Below are positions 29,590 to 39,800 of a stretch of 64,000 nucleotides of DNA, in pieces. A program made the translations under genes and the position numbers. Position 1 is the stretch's first letter, and the number at the start of each line of letters is the position of its first letter. The DNA comes from an uncultured Thermodesulfobacteriota bacterium (GTDB taxonomy: Bacteria > Desulfobacterota > WTBG01 > CAIYCZ01), in NCBI GenBank assembly GCA_964594075.1, contig CAZQKW010000017.1, positions 1,290-65,289 on the forward strand, written 5' to 3'. A model generated the notes under the pieces. That model was not told where the DNA came from, did not search any database, and saw nothing but the letters and a program-made list of their open reading frames with translations.

Positions 29590-31884
29590 ATGAAAATACT
29601 CAAGAGAGCTTTGATTATCATCGCATGCGGGGCAGTTGTTTTTGCCTTAGCAGTTTTGCTGTATGCTCAATTTACCCTGACGGAGAATAAGATACGTCAA
29701 ACCCTTGCGGCAGAAGTATCGCACTATCTGCGTCGGGATATGACCTGCAAGAACATTCAGGTGGGGTGGCTGGGAGGTATTGTACTGAAAGATGTAATTC
29801 TCCACAAATCTTTTCCCTGGGAAGAAGATGATATCCTTACGTGTCCAGAGATTTATCTGAAAGCGCGGCTTATTCCTCTATTGCTGGGAAAGCTGTTCAT
29901 AAAGGAAGTGCTGATTCAGGAGCCGCGCATTGCCCTGTTTCAAAAGGAACTGGGGCAGTATATAAGCCTATACGGAAACAGTGCGCAGCGCCGAGCATCG
30001 GCTGCCACAGGTCAGCAGCCGCCATTGCGGATGATTTTTCTGCCATCCAATCTTGCAGTTCACAACGGCTCGGTCGTGCTAAAAAGCACCATACGCGAAT
30101 TGCCGCAACCCATCAGCGTGTCGCTGGCTGATGTGAAGGTGCTGGTTACCAATGTTTCGCCGCTATTTTCCTTTCCGTTTACTATTTCGGCACGGGTTGT
30201 CGGACCTCAGCCGTCGCTGTTTACGTGCGACGGAGAAGTTTCGGTGCCGCGCCAGAAAATGACAGCACGTCTTTCTCTGGATAAAACCGATCTCTCCCAA
30301 TTCAGCAAATATTTTACCTTTTACCAAGTGCCCGTGAAAAGTGGCAGCGTCAAACTTGACGCGCAAATTAATTTTGCGGAACTTAAAGATTTCATGGTAA
30401 CCGGCTTGATTGATGTGCAAGATGTTGAAATGGGCATTGCTTCCTTTATTCATAGTGGCGTTGCTCACGAGGTTGTGTTGCAAGGAGCAAATGCAACGCT
30501 TAATTTTGCTGTGTTATGGAACATACCCGACCAGGTCATTACCTTTCAGAAACTTGAAGGTTCGGTATTGTCCGCTTCATTTTCAGGCGAAGGATCGGTA
30601 AAAAAATTAGGCACCGCACCATATATAAAATTGATATTAAAAGCGGACGATTTTCCTTTGGAAAATTTTTTCAGTCGCCTCTCTTCCAAGCTGCCCTGGA
30701 TGCTCGACGAGGCAAGCCTTTCGGGCAAAGCTGATTTGCGGCTGAATCTGGAGGGCGAGCTGCCTCAAGCTGTATTCACAAAGTTTAACGTTAATTTCAA
30801 AGGCAACCGGCTTAATTACAAACCGTTGGGCGGATTTCAGCCGGACATTGAAGGCACAGGTATGATTGATAACAGCAGAATTGCGCTGCGCGATTTAAAA
30901 ATCGGGATCAAGAGTTCAACCATAACGCTTGCGGGAGATATATTAAATTACTTGCAGGGGAATCCGCAGCCGGAAATCAAAATCGTAGCATCGCATATTA
31001 ATATCGCGGATTTCATGGTGCCGGGAACACGCGCCGAAGATGCGGAAAAAGAAGAAGTCGGGCCGTTTGACTTGAGGGGGCTAACGCTGGGCGGGCACAT
31101 AGACATGGGAGGCGTATCTTTTTTGGGGATGTCCATCAATAATCTGCGCGGCAATTATGTGCTCGCTGACAACCAGTTGTCCGTTAAAGAGCTTACCGGC
31201 ACTATTGGGCAGGGGCAGTTCAAACTTGAGGGTTTAGTCAACCTTGGGGTTAAAGGGCTTGATTATTCCCTGAGTCTCAACCTTGACCGCGCATCATGTA
31301 AGGAAATAGCGAAGATGATAAATCCGCTTTATGAAAACTTTGTTGACGGCATGATATCGGGCACGTGCACCCTGAAAGGAAACGGCGTCACACCGCTTCG
31401 GTTTGTTAAAAATCTTGAAGGAAGAGGCTTTTTTACTGTGCAGGATACACTGTTCAAAGGGGTGTCGTTGGGCACCATCGGATCTCTTTTGCGCATGGAT
31501 GGCAGCGAAGGCCTGCGCTTTGACCAGGGTCAGGTGCAGCTTAAACTTAATGATAGCACGGTAGATGTCAGCGGCGGATTTATAAATCCCGACCTGGCCG
31601 TATATCCGAACGGCACCATCAATTTTGACAGCTCGCTGCGCCTTGATACCATATTAAAACTTTCTCCGGCCTTTTCGCGCAGAATGATGAGCGAAAAAGT
31701 TCTTCAGTATTTTCCCCAGGAAGACGGATGGATTGCACTGCCCATAGAAATTAGGGGAACGCTTTATGAGCCCCAAATTTCCCTGTCAAAAGAGGTGCTG
31801 AATATTTTTATTGAAAAAGTCATGCCGGCTGTCTTGAATGAGATGCTTAAGGAACATCAGGGGCAGGGCGGGGCTTCTGAATAA
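29590..31884 (+). CDS. AsmA family protein
   Basis: Single N-terminal TM, beta-rich repeats, C-terminal LPIEIRGTLYEPQ. Confidence 0.8.
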   Translation: MKILKRALIIIACGAVVFALAVLLYAQFTLTENKIRQTLAAEVSHYLRRDMTCKNIQVGWLGGIVLKDVILHKSFPWEEDDILTCPEIYLKARLIPLLLGKLFIKEVLIQEPRIALFQKELGQYISLYGNSAQRRASAATGQQPPLRMIFLPSNLAVHNGSVVLKSTIRELPQPISVSLADVKVLVTNVSPLFSFPFTISARVVGPQPSLFTCDGEVSVPRQKMTARLSLDKTDLSQFSKYFTFYQVPVKSGSVKLDAQINFAELKDFMVTGLIDVQDVEMGIASFIHSGVAHEVVLQGANATLNFAVLWNIPDQVITFQKLEGSVLSASFSGEGSVKKLGTAPYIKLILKADDFPLENFFSRLSSKLPWMLDEASLSGKADLRLNLEGELPQAVFTKFNVNFKGNRLNYKPLGGFQPDIEGTGMIDNSRIALRDLKIGIKSSTITLAGDILNYLQGNPQPEIKIVASHINIADFMVPGTRAEDAEKEEVGPFDLRGLTLGGHIDMGGVSFLGMSINNLRGNYVLADNQLSVKELTGTIGQGQFKLEGLVNLGVKGLDYSLSLNLDRASCKEIAKMINPLYENFVDGMISGTCTLKGNGVTPLRFVKNLEGRGFFTVQDTLFKGVSLGTIGSLLRMDGSEGLRFDQGQVQLKLNDSTVDVSGGFINPDLAVYPNGTINFDSSLRLDTILKLSPAFSRRMMSEKVLQYFPQEDGWIALPIEIRGTLYEPQISLSKEVLNIFIEKVMPAVLNEMLKEHQGQGGASE

Positions 31885-31918
31885 TGGCGGTTGAACATAA
31901 CGAGCGGGACAGGCTCTA

Positions 31919-32956
31919 TTATAAAATTAACCACGGCCGCGGCAGAAATATCTTTTCGTACGTGCTGAAGGCATATCGGTCAGTCATCCCGGCAATAAAA
32001 TCGCATACCTGGGTTTGCAACTCCACAGCGCATAGGGTCTTGCCTGCCTCTTGGAAAAGATCATCCGGGTGTTCCAGAAAATAATAATACAGTTCCTCGA
32101 TTATTTTTGAGGCCTTATTAAAATCTTCAAGCAATGAGGGAAGATAATAGACCCGATCATTGAGAAATTCCCGCAAACTTCGCGCCGCAGCAATTATCGT
32201 AGTGCTGGCTGCTATTTTTTCAAGGTTGCACTCCCGCGTAGTTTTGATTATGTCCCGCACCATGGTATCAATTCGCTGGGAACTCGTCTTGCCCAGAATT
32301 TCTATTACATGACCTGCGCCCTGGGTTACTTCGTCATGAGTTAGAAGACCGGCGCGCAACGCATCATCGAGGTCGTGGTTAATATAGGCGACCGTGTCAG
32401 CAATACGCACGATTTGTCCCTCAAGCGTTACGGGCAACTGGTCGGGGTCGTCAGGCAGAATTTCACCCTCCCGTTTTGAATGTTTTACAACGCCGTCGCG
32501 CACTTCAACGGTAAGATTGAGCCGCTCAATTTCATCAATCACCCTGAGGCTTTGTTCCGGGTGGCGAAACCCGCCCGGCACTATTTTGTTCAGCACTGCT
32601 TCGCCCGCATGGCCAAAGGGGGTGTGGCCCAGATCATGCGCCAGGCTGATCGCTTCGGTTAGATCTTCATTCAGGCGGAGCGATTTGGCAATGGTTCTGG
32701 CAATCTGGGAAACTTCAAGGGTGTGCGTGAGCCGTGTGCGGTAATGGTCGCCGGTGGGCGTAAGAAAGACCTGCGTTTTGTGTTTGAGCCGGCGAAACGC
32801 TTTTGAATGAATAATGCGGTCGCGATCATGTTGGTAGGCGGGTCGCAGATCACACTCTTCTTCCGCAGCAAGCCTGCCCTTGCTGTTACAGCTTAATGTC
32901 GCCTGCGGCGCAAGATGTTTTCTCTCAATTTCTTCCAACTGTTCCCTGATATTCAT
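31919..32956 (-). CDS. dgt: Deoxyguanosinetriphosphate triphosphohydrolase
   Basis: QHDRDRIIHSKAFRRLKHKTQVF, RTRLTHTLEVSQ, HDLGHTPFGHAGE, DFIAGMTDRYA. ATG at 32956. Confidence 0.95.
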   Translation of the reverse strand: MNIREQLEEIERKHLAPQATLSCNSKGRLAAEEECDLRPAYQHDRDRIIHSKAFRRLKHKTQVFLTPTGDHYRTRLTHTLEVSQIARTIAKSLRLNEDLTEAISLAHDLGHTPFGHAGEAVLNKIVPGGFRHPEQSLRVIDEIERLNLTVEVRDGVVKHSKREGEILPDDPDQLPVTLEGQIVRIADTVAYINHDLDDALRAGLLTHDEVTQGAGHVIEILGKTSSQRIDTMVRDIIKTTRECNLEKIAASTTIIAAARSLREFLNDRVYYLPSLLEDFNKASKIIEELYYYFLEHPDDLFQEAGKTLCAVELQTQVCDFIAGMTDRYAFSTYEKIFLPRPWLIL

Positions 32957-33192
32957 GGCAATATCAAAAATGATGTTCAACTCGGTTACAAACCTTTTAC
33001 GTTCGTAGCAAAATATATGATAAAAATCAATCCCCAACCGTACAGGACTTTCATTGCGTTTTTGTCGAAATTCCGCGAGACCGCATAAAGAACTGAAAAC
33101 CGGCGCTGTGCACACTGCAGAATCAGAACCCCGTGCGCTGTTTCATCAGCACCAATGTAATATTTTGGGGAATGTCCTGAGACAGCAATGAA

Positions 33193-33221
33193 TTGACAGT
33201 TGACAATTTATCTGATAAAAA
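33193..33221 (+). promoter_or_regulatory. Sigma70 promoter for the small basic peptide gene
   Basis: TTGACA (33193-33198), 17 bp, TAAAAT (33216-33221). Confidence 0.7.
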
Positions 33222-33275
33222 TTAAGCAACGTGCATGAAACATAATAGAAGAAAACCAAAGAAAGGAGGGTGAAG

Positions 33276-33362
33276 ATGGCAGCAACAAAAGCAAAGGCGA
33301 AGAAACCGTCTGCAAAAAAACCGGCAAAAGCAGCTAAAAAGGGATGTGGCTGTAAGAAGTAA
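33276..33362 (+). CDS. 28-aa Lys/Ala-rich peptide with C-terminal CGC (MAATKAKAKKPSAKKPAKAAKKGCGCKK)
   Basis: Manual translation. AAAGGAGG RBS at 33262-33269, with its own promoter and terminator. Below the ORF-track cutoff. Confidence 0.75.
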   Translation: MAATKAKAKKPSAKKPAKAAKKGCGCKK

Positions 33363-33371
33363 CATTCCGCG

Positions 33372-33410
33372 CCCCCCACGCGATAAATTAGACGTGGGGG
33401 GTTTCTTATT
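33372..33410 (+). terminator. Intrinsic terminator
   Basis: CCCCCCACG (33372-33380) / CGTGGGGGG (33393-33401), then TTTCTTATT. Confidence 0.8.
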
Positions 33411-33502
33411 AGGCTATCATTAATTGTCTGGAGAAAGCTCTATTTTGAACAATATTGTGCTATAATATATTACAAAGTAAATATTCTTTGGTATCACTGT
33501 AT

Positions 33503-34528
33503 ATGAAAATATTTTGTACCTGTTTATTGTTATTATGTCTTGCCGGTTGCATGGTTAATCCGGTAACATTGAAGAGTGAATTCAATGTTGTCAGCGAAGA
33601 ACGAGAATTAAATATCGGCAGGCAGGCGCACCCGCAAATTATCAAACAGTTTGGCTATTACCAGAATGAGAAGCTGCAACGTTACGTCAATGAAGTCGGA
33701 CAGAGACTTGTGGCGGTTTCGCGGCGTCGGGATTTAACGTATCATTTTACCGTGCTCGATACCCCCATAGAAAATGCGTTCGCAGTTCCCGGCGGCTATA
33801 TTTACATTACCCGTGGCCTTCTGGCGTTTCTGAACAGCGAGGCAGAGCTGGCCGGGGTTCTGGGCCATGAGATTGGTCATATTGTCGGGCGAGACAGCGC
33901 CAATCAAATGTCGCAAGCTATGCTTGCACAGATTGCAGCATTAGCGGGAGCAGCAGCAACGCCATCAAGCGGGGACGCTGCTGCGGCAACCGGCATGTTG
34001 CTCAATTCAATTATGCTGGGCTATGGGCGGGAAAAGGAGTATCTTGCTGATGTTCAAGGGATAGAATATATGTATAAAGCAGGATATGACCCCAGACAGA
34101 TGGCCACATTCCAAAAAAACCTTGCTCAAATAACCGAAGGCCCGGTAGGTTATCAGGTTTACAACAGTACCCATCCTAATATGCTTGACCGCATGGAGCG
34201 CGCAACCGCCAAAGCTAAGGTGATGATGGCTATGAATGACGCTATGGCGCAGATAAATATCGAAACCGCCAGCCACACAACGGCCGCGCACAATAATATC
34301 CAAGTATTGTCAGATAAATATAAAGAGTATTTGGATGGGCTTGCGTATGGGCCGAAAGAGAACCTGCGGCATATCAAGATCTATACAGTTCAGGAGGGCG
34401 ATACACTGCCGCTGATAGCAAAAAAGACCATGGGCAGCGAACATTATGCGAAAGAGCTTGCTGAACTTAACGGCCTACCGCTTTCTATGCAGCTTGTCCC
34501 GGGCACGAAAATAAAAACCATACTTTAA
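33503..34528 (+). CDS. M48 family metallopeptidase lipoprotein with C-terminal LysM-like domain
   Basis: Lipobox LAGC, NAFAVPGGYIY, HEIGH, E..AD, STHP, YTVQEGDTL..IA. Confidence 0.88.
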   Translation: MKIFCTCLLLLCLAGCMVNPVTLKSEFNVVSEERELNIGRQAHPQIIKQFGYYQNEKLQRYVNEVGQRLVAVSRRRDLTYHFTVLDTPIENAFAVPGGYIYITRGLLAFLNSEAELAGVLGHEIGHIVGRDSANQMSQAMLAQIAALAGAAATPSSGDAAAATGMLLNSIMLGYGREKEYLADVQGIEYMYKAGYDPRQMATFQKNLAQITEGPVGYQVYNSTHPNMLDRMERATAKAKVMMAMNDAMAQINIETASHTTAAHNNIQVLSDKYKEYLDGLAYGPKENLRHIKIYTVQEGDTLPLIAKKTMGSEHYAKELAELNGLPLSMQLVPGTKIKTIL

Positions 34529-34533
34529 GCAGA

Positions 34534-35565
34534 TTAGGATGCTGCACACCAACTTCGCCCAGCAGCCTTAACGAAGAGTTCCAGCCGTCTCATCATTTCG
34601 AAAAATTTATCTGGTTTTAAGGATTGGATTCCATCGCTCTGCGCATGATCCGGATGCGGATGAACCTCTATCATGAGACCGTCAGCTCCCGCGGCAATCG
34701 CCGCAAATGACATGGGTGCAACCAGTTTCCAGTGGCCGGTCCCATGGCTCGGGTCGACGATTACCGGCAAATGGGTGCGTTCTTTCAAAAGGGGCACTGC
34801 GCTCAGGTCAAGGGTATTGCGGGTTGCCGTTTCAAACGTGCGTATGCCGCGCTCGCATAAAATAACCTGCATATTCCCCTCTGACAAAATGTATTCCGCC
34901 GACATCAAGAACTCTTCTATCGTTGTCATCATGCCGCGTTTTAAGAGCACCGGTTTCGTGCATTTGCCGAGCGCTTTAAGCAGCGCAAAGTTCTGAACAT
35001 TGCGTGCGCCGACCTGAAGTATGTCTGCATGCCGTGAGATCAGATCAATGTCTCCCGGATTCATAATTTCGGTGACTACCGGCAGGCCGGTTACCTGGCG
35101 CGCCTTGTCTAATAAGACTAAACCTTCTTCCTCCAACCCCTGAAAGCTATAGGGTGATGTGCGCGGCTTAAACGCACCTCCCCGCAAGACTGTTGCCCCC
35201 GCTTCCTTCACCGCAGCGGCAGTTTCAATTATTTGCTGTTCGCTTTCAATTGAGCATGGGCCGGCAATGACCACTATTTCATCACCACCAATGAGCACTT
35301 TATCATTAATTCTGATGATAGACTTATCCTGTTTTACTTCGCGACTGGCAAGTTTATATGGCTGCAGGATGGGAACAACTTTTTCAACACCCGGCAAGGT
35401 TTCCAGAGCCAGCAATTTATCTTTGCCGCGCTCGCTGCCTACCGCGCCTATAACGGTTCTTTCTGTGCCGTAAATTATGTGCGGCTGATAGCCCAATTCT
35501 TTGATAGTATCAAGAACTTCTTGAAGTTCTTCGGGGGATGTTTTAGCCTTCATAACGATTATCAT
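34534..35565 (-). CDS. aroF: DAHP synthase type I-beta with N-terminal regulatory domain
   Basis: [53 protein letters not shown]. Confidence 0.93.
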   Translation of the reverse strand: MIIVMKAKTSPEELQEVLDTIKELGYQPHIIYGTERTVIGAVGSERGKDKLLALETLPGVEKVVPILQPYKLASREVKQDKSIIRINDKVLIGGDEIVVIAGPCSIESEQQIIETAAAVKEAGATVLRGGAFKPRTSPYSFQGLEEEGLVLLDKARQVTGLPVVTEIMNPGDIDLISRHADILQVGARNVQNFALLKALGKCTKPVLLKRGMMTTIEEFLMSAEYILSEGNMQVILCERGIRTFETATRNTLDLSAVPLLKERTHLPVIVDPSHGTGHWKLVAPMSFAAIAAGADGLMIEVHPHPDHAQSDGIQSLKPDKFFEMMRRLELFVKAAGRSWCAAS

Positions 35566-35583
35566 TGGAATTTCCTCCTAACG

Positions 35584-35619
35584 AAAAGAGCCAAGTAAGC
35601 GGTTGCTTCCATGGCTCTT
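35584..35619 (-). terminator. Attenuator terminator in the aroF leader
   Basis: AAGAGCCA ... TGGCTCTT TT hairpin with inner AAGC/GCTT, just upstream of the AGGAGG RBS. Confidence 0.8.
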
Positions 35620-35691
35620 TGTCAATAGTAAAACAAGGCCATGAGCAGTTTAACAACTCTGCCCATGGCCTGATTGTGTGCGCTGTATCGT

Positions 35692-35754
35692 TCAGGGACC
35701 ACAGGCAGAGCGTCTAAAAATAAAGTAATAAAAAGAAAAATTGCACGTATGCAT
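35692..35754 (-). CDS. Phe/Tyr-rich leader peptide MHTCNFSFYYFIFRRSACGP
   Basis: Six of codons 6-13 are Phe or Tyr. AGGACGGG RBS. Lies between the promoter and the attenuator hairpins. Confidence 0.8.
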   Translation of the reverse strand: MHTCNFSFYYFIFRRSACGP

Positions 35755-35799
35755 GGATTACCCGTCCTAAATGAAATTATTAATTATCTTCACGAAAAA

Positions 35800-35828
35800 A
35801 CTATAATAAAAGGGGATAAGAATGTCAA
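35800..35828 (-). promoter_or_regulatory. Sigma70 promoter of leader-aroF
   Basis: On the minus strand TTGACA (35828-35823), 17 bp, TATAGT (35805-35800). Confidence 0.8.
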
Positions 35829-36067
35829 GCAATCTCATTATAGGGCACGCCAGGGATTTCTCCGAAAATACCTTATTGGTGGCGGGTAAAAAAGCCCCAG
35901 ACGTTCATATTAAATCCCATTATTCCCGTTGCGTCGTAATATTCTCATGCGGGTTACCTAAATTGCAGGGCTCATTTAGGGAAAGGCCTGGCTACAAGCA
36001 CCTTGACATTTATATTATATTATTTTATTAAAATAAACAGCAGTTTTAAGGTCTTGAAAATCCAATT

Positions 36068-36316
36068 ATGAAAAATAAATTCCACGCCGTTATATTCCCG
36101 GTATGGAGCGTTGAAAATACCAGAATTATCTTGGTATGCGCCTTGATAAGTTTTCTGGGCGGTCTGGGCGGCGCGTTACTGCTCCACTTTAAAATGAAAA
36201 CCATGGGCATTGTAACATGGCATGTCGGCCTATTTGCACTCCTGGTATATTTTTCCTATTATCTCAAGGGCGTATATCAGAAATACATGGACTGTGCCTG
36301 GGATGTCTATTATTAA
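36068..36316 (+). CDS. Small two-TM hypothetical membrane protein
   Basis: 82-aa ORF with two hydrophobic segments. TTGACA at 36003 upstream and a terminator downstream. Confidence 0.5.
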   Translation: MKNKFHAVIFPVWSVENTRIILVCALISFLGGLGGALLLHFKMKTMGIVTWHVGLFALLVYFSYYLKGVYQKYMDCAWDVYY

Positions 36317-36368
36317 TTTAATCCGGCATAAGAGGTAACATTTTAAGAATTGTTACCTGGAGCAGAAG

Positions 36369-36398
36369 GGCAGGAGTCAAAATGATCCTGCCTTTTTT
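36369..36398 (+). terminator. Intrinsic terminator
   Basis: GGCAGGA / TCCTGCC stem followed by TTTTTT. Confidence 0.65.
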
Positions 36399-36599
36399 CA
36401 TGCCATTATGAATAATTGCCCACAGAGACGTTAAAGAAATTTTAATTTTCCGCTCACGCAGGGATTTTTGGGAGTTCAGCGAGTCGTTTCCTATTGTCCC
36501 ATTTTTTCATGAAATTTTGACAGAACCTTTTTCATTGTATAGGAGATCATATAATTGGGGCACAGATAACTACTGGAAAAAAATTGCATAATGTTATGA

Positions 36600-36698
36600 G
36601 GCATCCTGCGACGTGATCGCAGGATCTAACAGTGGATAGAACTTATTACCGGCATGTGTAAACAATTCTTGGATTCTGCGGTCGAGCTGCGGAATGAC
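36600..36698. repeat. Inverted pair of REP/RPE-like palindromes
   Basis: GGCATCCTGCGACGTGATCGCAGGATCTA (+) and GTCATTCCGCAGCTCGACCGCAGAATCCA (-). Confidence 0.6.
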
Positions 36699-36888
36699 TC
36701 TGTGGCTTAATTAAATTTGTTCTTTTTTCAAATAATTTTCACAGTTATAAGATGAGGCAGTATTTTTTCATTGGATTGGATACGCCGCCGTATGTGCAAA
36801 TCGAAGCATTAAGTAAAATTTGACAAAGCGCAACAGTTTCTATAAATGCCTATTATTCAATCATTTCATTTTTCATATTTAAATCATA

Positions 36889-39800
36889 ATGAAGAAGAAA
36901 AATACTATTATACTATTGTCCTCAATAGCGGGTATTTTTTGCGTGGTTATCGTTTTATCACTGCTTGCGCCTGCTTTCATAACTCAAGAAATCATTACCA
37001 AGAAGATTGTCCAGGAACTATCCCAAAAGCTCGATGCCGAGGTGCAGGTAAAACGTAGCGGGCTGTCTATATTCCCGCGCCCGCGTGTTGCGGCGTATGA
37101 ACTAACCGTAATTTTTAGCGACCGGGCGACGCTGAATATCGCCGAAGCGCAGCTCTACCCGGCACTTTTACCGCTTCTTAACGGGACAGTTCAGCCAGCG
37201 CATATTCATGTCATTGCGCCGCATCTAAGCTTCTCGATGCCGTCATACCAAACAGCTCCGCCCGCGCTGGGGCACGATGTTACCATAGCAGGCATTCAGA
37301 AGCGCGCCGCAGAAAGTATCAGGAAGGTGCTGCACACCGCCCCGTTGAGTTCTGTTGTGGTGAGCGGAGGAGACATACAAATCACTGCCGGCGAAAATAC
37401 GTTGTTCAGCTTCAGCGGTGTCCGCGGGCAACTACAATGCGCCACGGACCGCGCGTCAGTTACCATTCGATGCGGATCAAACATGTGGAAGAAAGCGGCG
37501 CTCCAGGCTGCTGTACTCTTCAGCGATATGCAACTTGACGGCACGGTCTCTTTCTCCGAGCTTGATCTCCACCCAATACTTAAATATGTTTCTCCCGACG
37601 CCTTCTCCATTGTGAAGTCTGTTATAGACGGGGAAGGCAGCATTGTAGTTGATACGTCCGGCTTGATCGGCGCACGTTTTAAGGTCGCCGTCCCCTCCCT
37701 GTCTGTCAATAAACAGGGAGAGCAACAGATTATTAAGGGTGCATTGCAATCAGTAGGGTTGAAGACTGACTTACAGAATACCTTTGTCGCTGTTGCCGGA
37801 ATATTTGAATACCCTCTGCTTAACGTTTCAGGCACGTGCAGCATAGAAACCGCGCAGCGCACCATTCGTTTTGAAGGGGAAGGGAAAAATATCGATTTAG
37901 GTTCATGTGCAGAGGTTGCCGGGTCTTTTTTCAGACAGCAACCACAGTTCAGAGAAATTGCCGGCCGGATAAAAGGCGGCACCTTTTCCGATGTCTCGTT
38001 CAAGGCACAGGGGCCGCTGGGTTTAGATATTGTCGGCAATAAGAACTTTGTGCTGCGCGGAAGATTATCCCGCGGCCATCTGGTGATTACAGAAGCAAAC
38101 AGTGAGGTTGAAGACTTAAGCGCTGATGTTACTGCGCAGAATGGCATTCTGGTAGCACAGAACATTCATGCCCGCTGTGGGCAGTCGCGCATTGATAACG
38201 GCTCGGTGCAGATTGATCTTTCCCGGCAATATAAACCGCTGCTGATTGACACTGAATTTACCGCTGATGTCTCGCAGTTGCCCCGTTTTCTGCATCTTAT
38301 CCCGGAAAGCATCGTGCGACGAGAGCTTTCGCTTATTCAAAATCCTCAAGGGACGGGCAGCGGACGGTTTACGATGCGCGCTATGCGTGATTCCCATTTC
38401 ATAGACATAGACCTGACTGGGTTGCGCCTGGAGGCGCGTTACCGCTCATTTCCCATGCCATTGAAACTGAGCAAGGGACAATGCGCCTATCAGAACGGCA
38501 TACTGTCATTTAGTGATGTTTCCGGAATCCTGGGCAAGTCAATGGTTCAACATACCGCAGCATCTTTCAATCTGGGGAATGCCCCGGCCTTGAGTATCGC
38601 AACGAACGATGCAACGGTTGACCTTGAAGAACTGCGGATGGCGCTTAATTCATTTCCTGCAACGCACCGTATTATCCGCGATATTACCCGCTTAACGGGT
38701 CAACTTACCATTCGTTCTTTAGCAATTAATGGGCCGTTGCGCAGTCCTCAACAATGGAAATTTATGCTGCGGGGGGAAGTCCGAGATGCACAACTGGCGG
38801 CAACACAACTGGAAAGTGCGGCAACCATTAAAAACGCCACCCTGCAGATTAATCAGGATGTATTTTCCATGATTGGCGCGCACGCTGAGTATCTTGACAG
38901 CAGCCTCAAAGGAACGCTTTACCTTAAAGATTATCTGCAGGGCATCACGAGCCTTAAACTCACCGCCCGAGGATCAGTCGGACAGAAATCTGTGCTGCAG
39001 ATAATGGACTTAATTAACGCACCGGCAGAACTTGTGCCTCATGGGCCGTTGTTATTCAAACAGTCGCAGCTTATCTGGACGCGAAACGGCCTGACGGAAT
39101 TTAACGGCGATTTTTCCTGCGCCCGCGGTCCGCAGATTGTTGTTTCTATGCAGGCTCAGCCACAGACGCTGGAGATCAAAAAACTCCAGATTACCGATCA
39201 GGCCTCGGAGATCCTCATCAGCCTGGGCATGCAAAAAGATTTTTTTGATTTTACATTTAAGGGTCATATTGAAAAAGCCACTGTGGATCGTGTGCTCCTT
39301 AATAATCAACTGATGAACGGCTGGATTAATGGGGATATGACGGCACGTCTGAATTGGAGCAATCCTCTGCATTCAACCGCCACGGGAACGCTGGCGTGGG
39401 AAGATATACAGCACCCCCGCATTGATACTTTTCCGCTTAATATTAAAAGCGCATCCCTTACTGCGCAAGGCAAGAAACTCACGATTAAGAACGCTCAGGT
39501 TACCGCCGGATCAAGCACCGGCACAGCAGAAGGCAGTATCGTATTCGAGAGGGAAGGGTACATTCTTGATCTGCAGCTTGCTGCAAACCGCCTCAACCTT
39601 GATGAATTCCATATCATGGCAACGCGCAACAGCAGCGACGGCGGTGAAAAGAATCTGTGGGAAATACCTGTGCGCGGCACGGTTCTGCTCACCGCTCAAT
39701 CGCTCAGCTTGGGACCGCTGGCATGGCGCCCGTTCCATGCTACAATTACCGTTGCAGACCGGAAAATAACAGTTGCCGCTATTGATTCAAAATTGTGCAG

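Noticed and set aside
37296-38165. 289-aa antisense ORF inside the AsmA-like gene
   Set aside because: Shadow ORF with no motifs.
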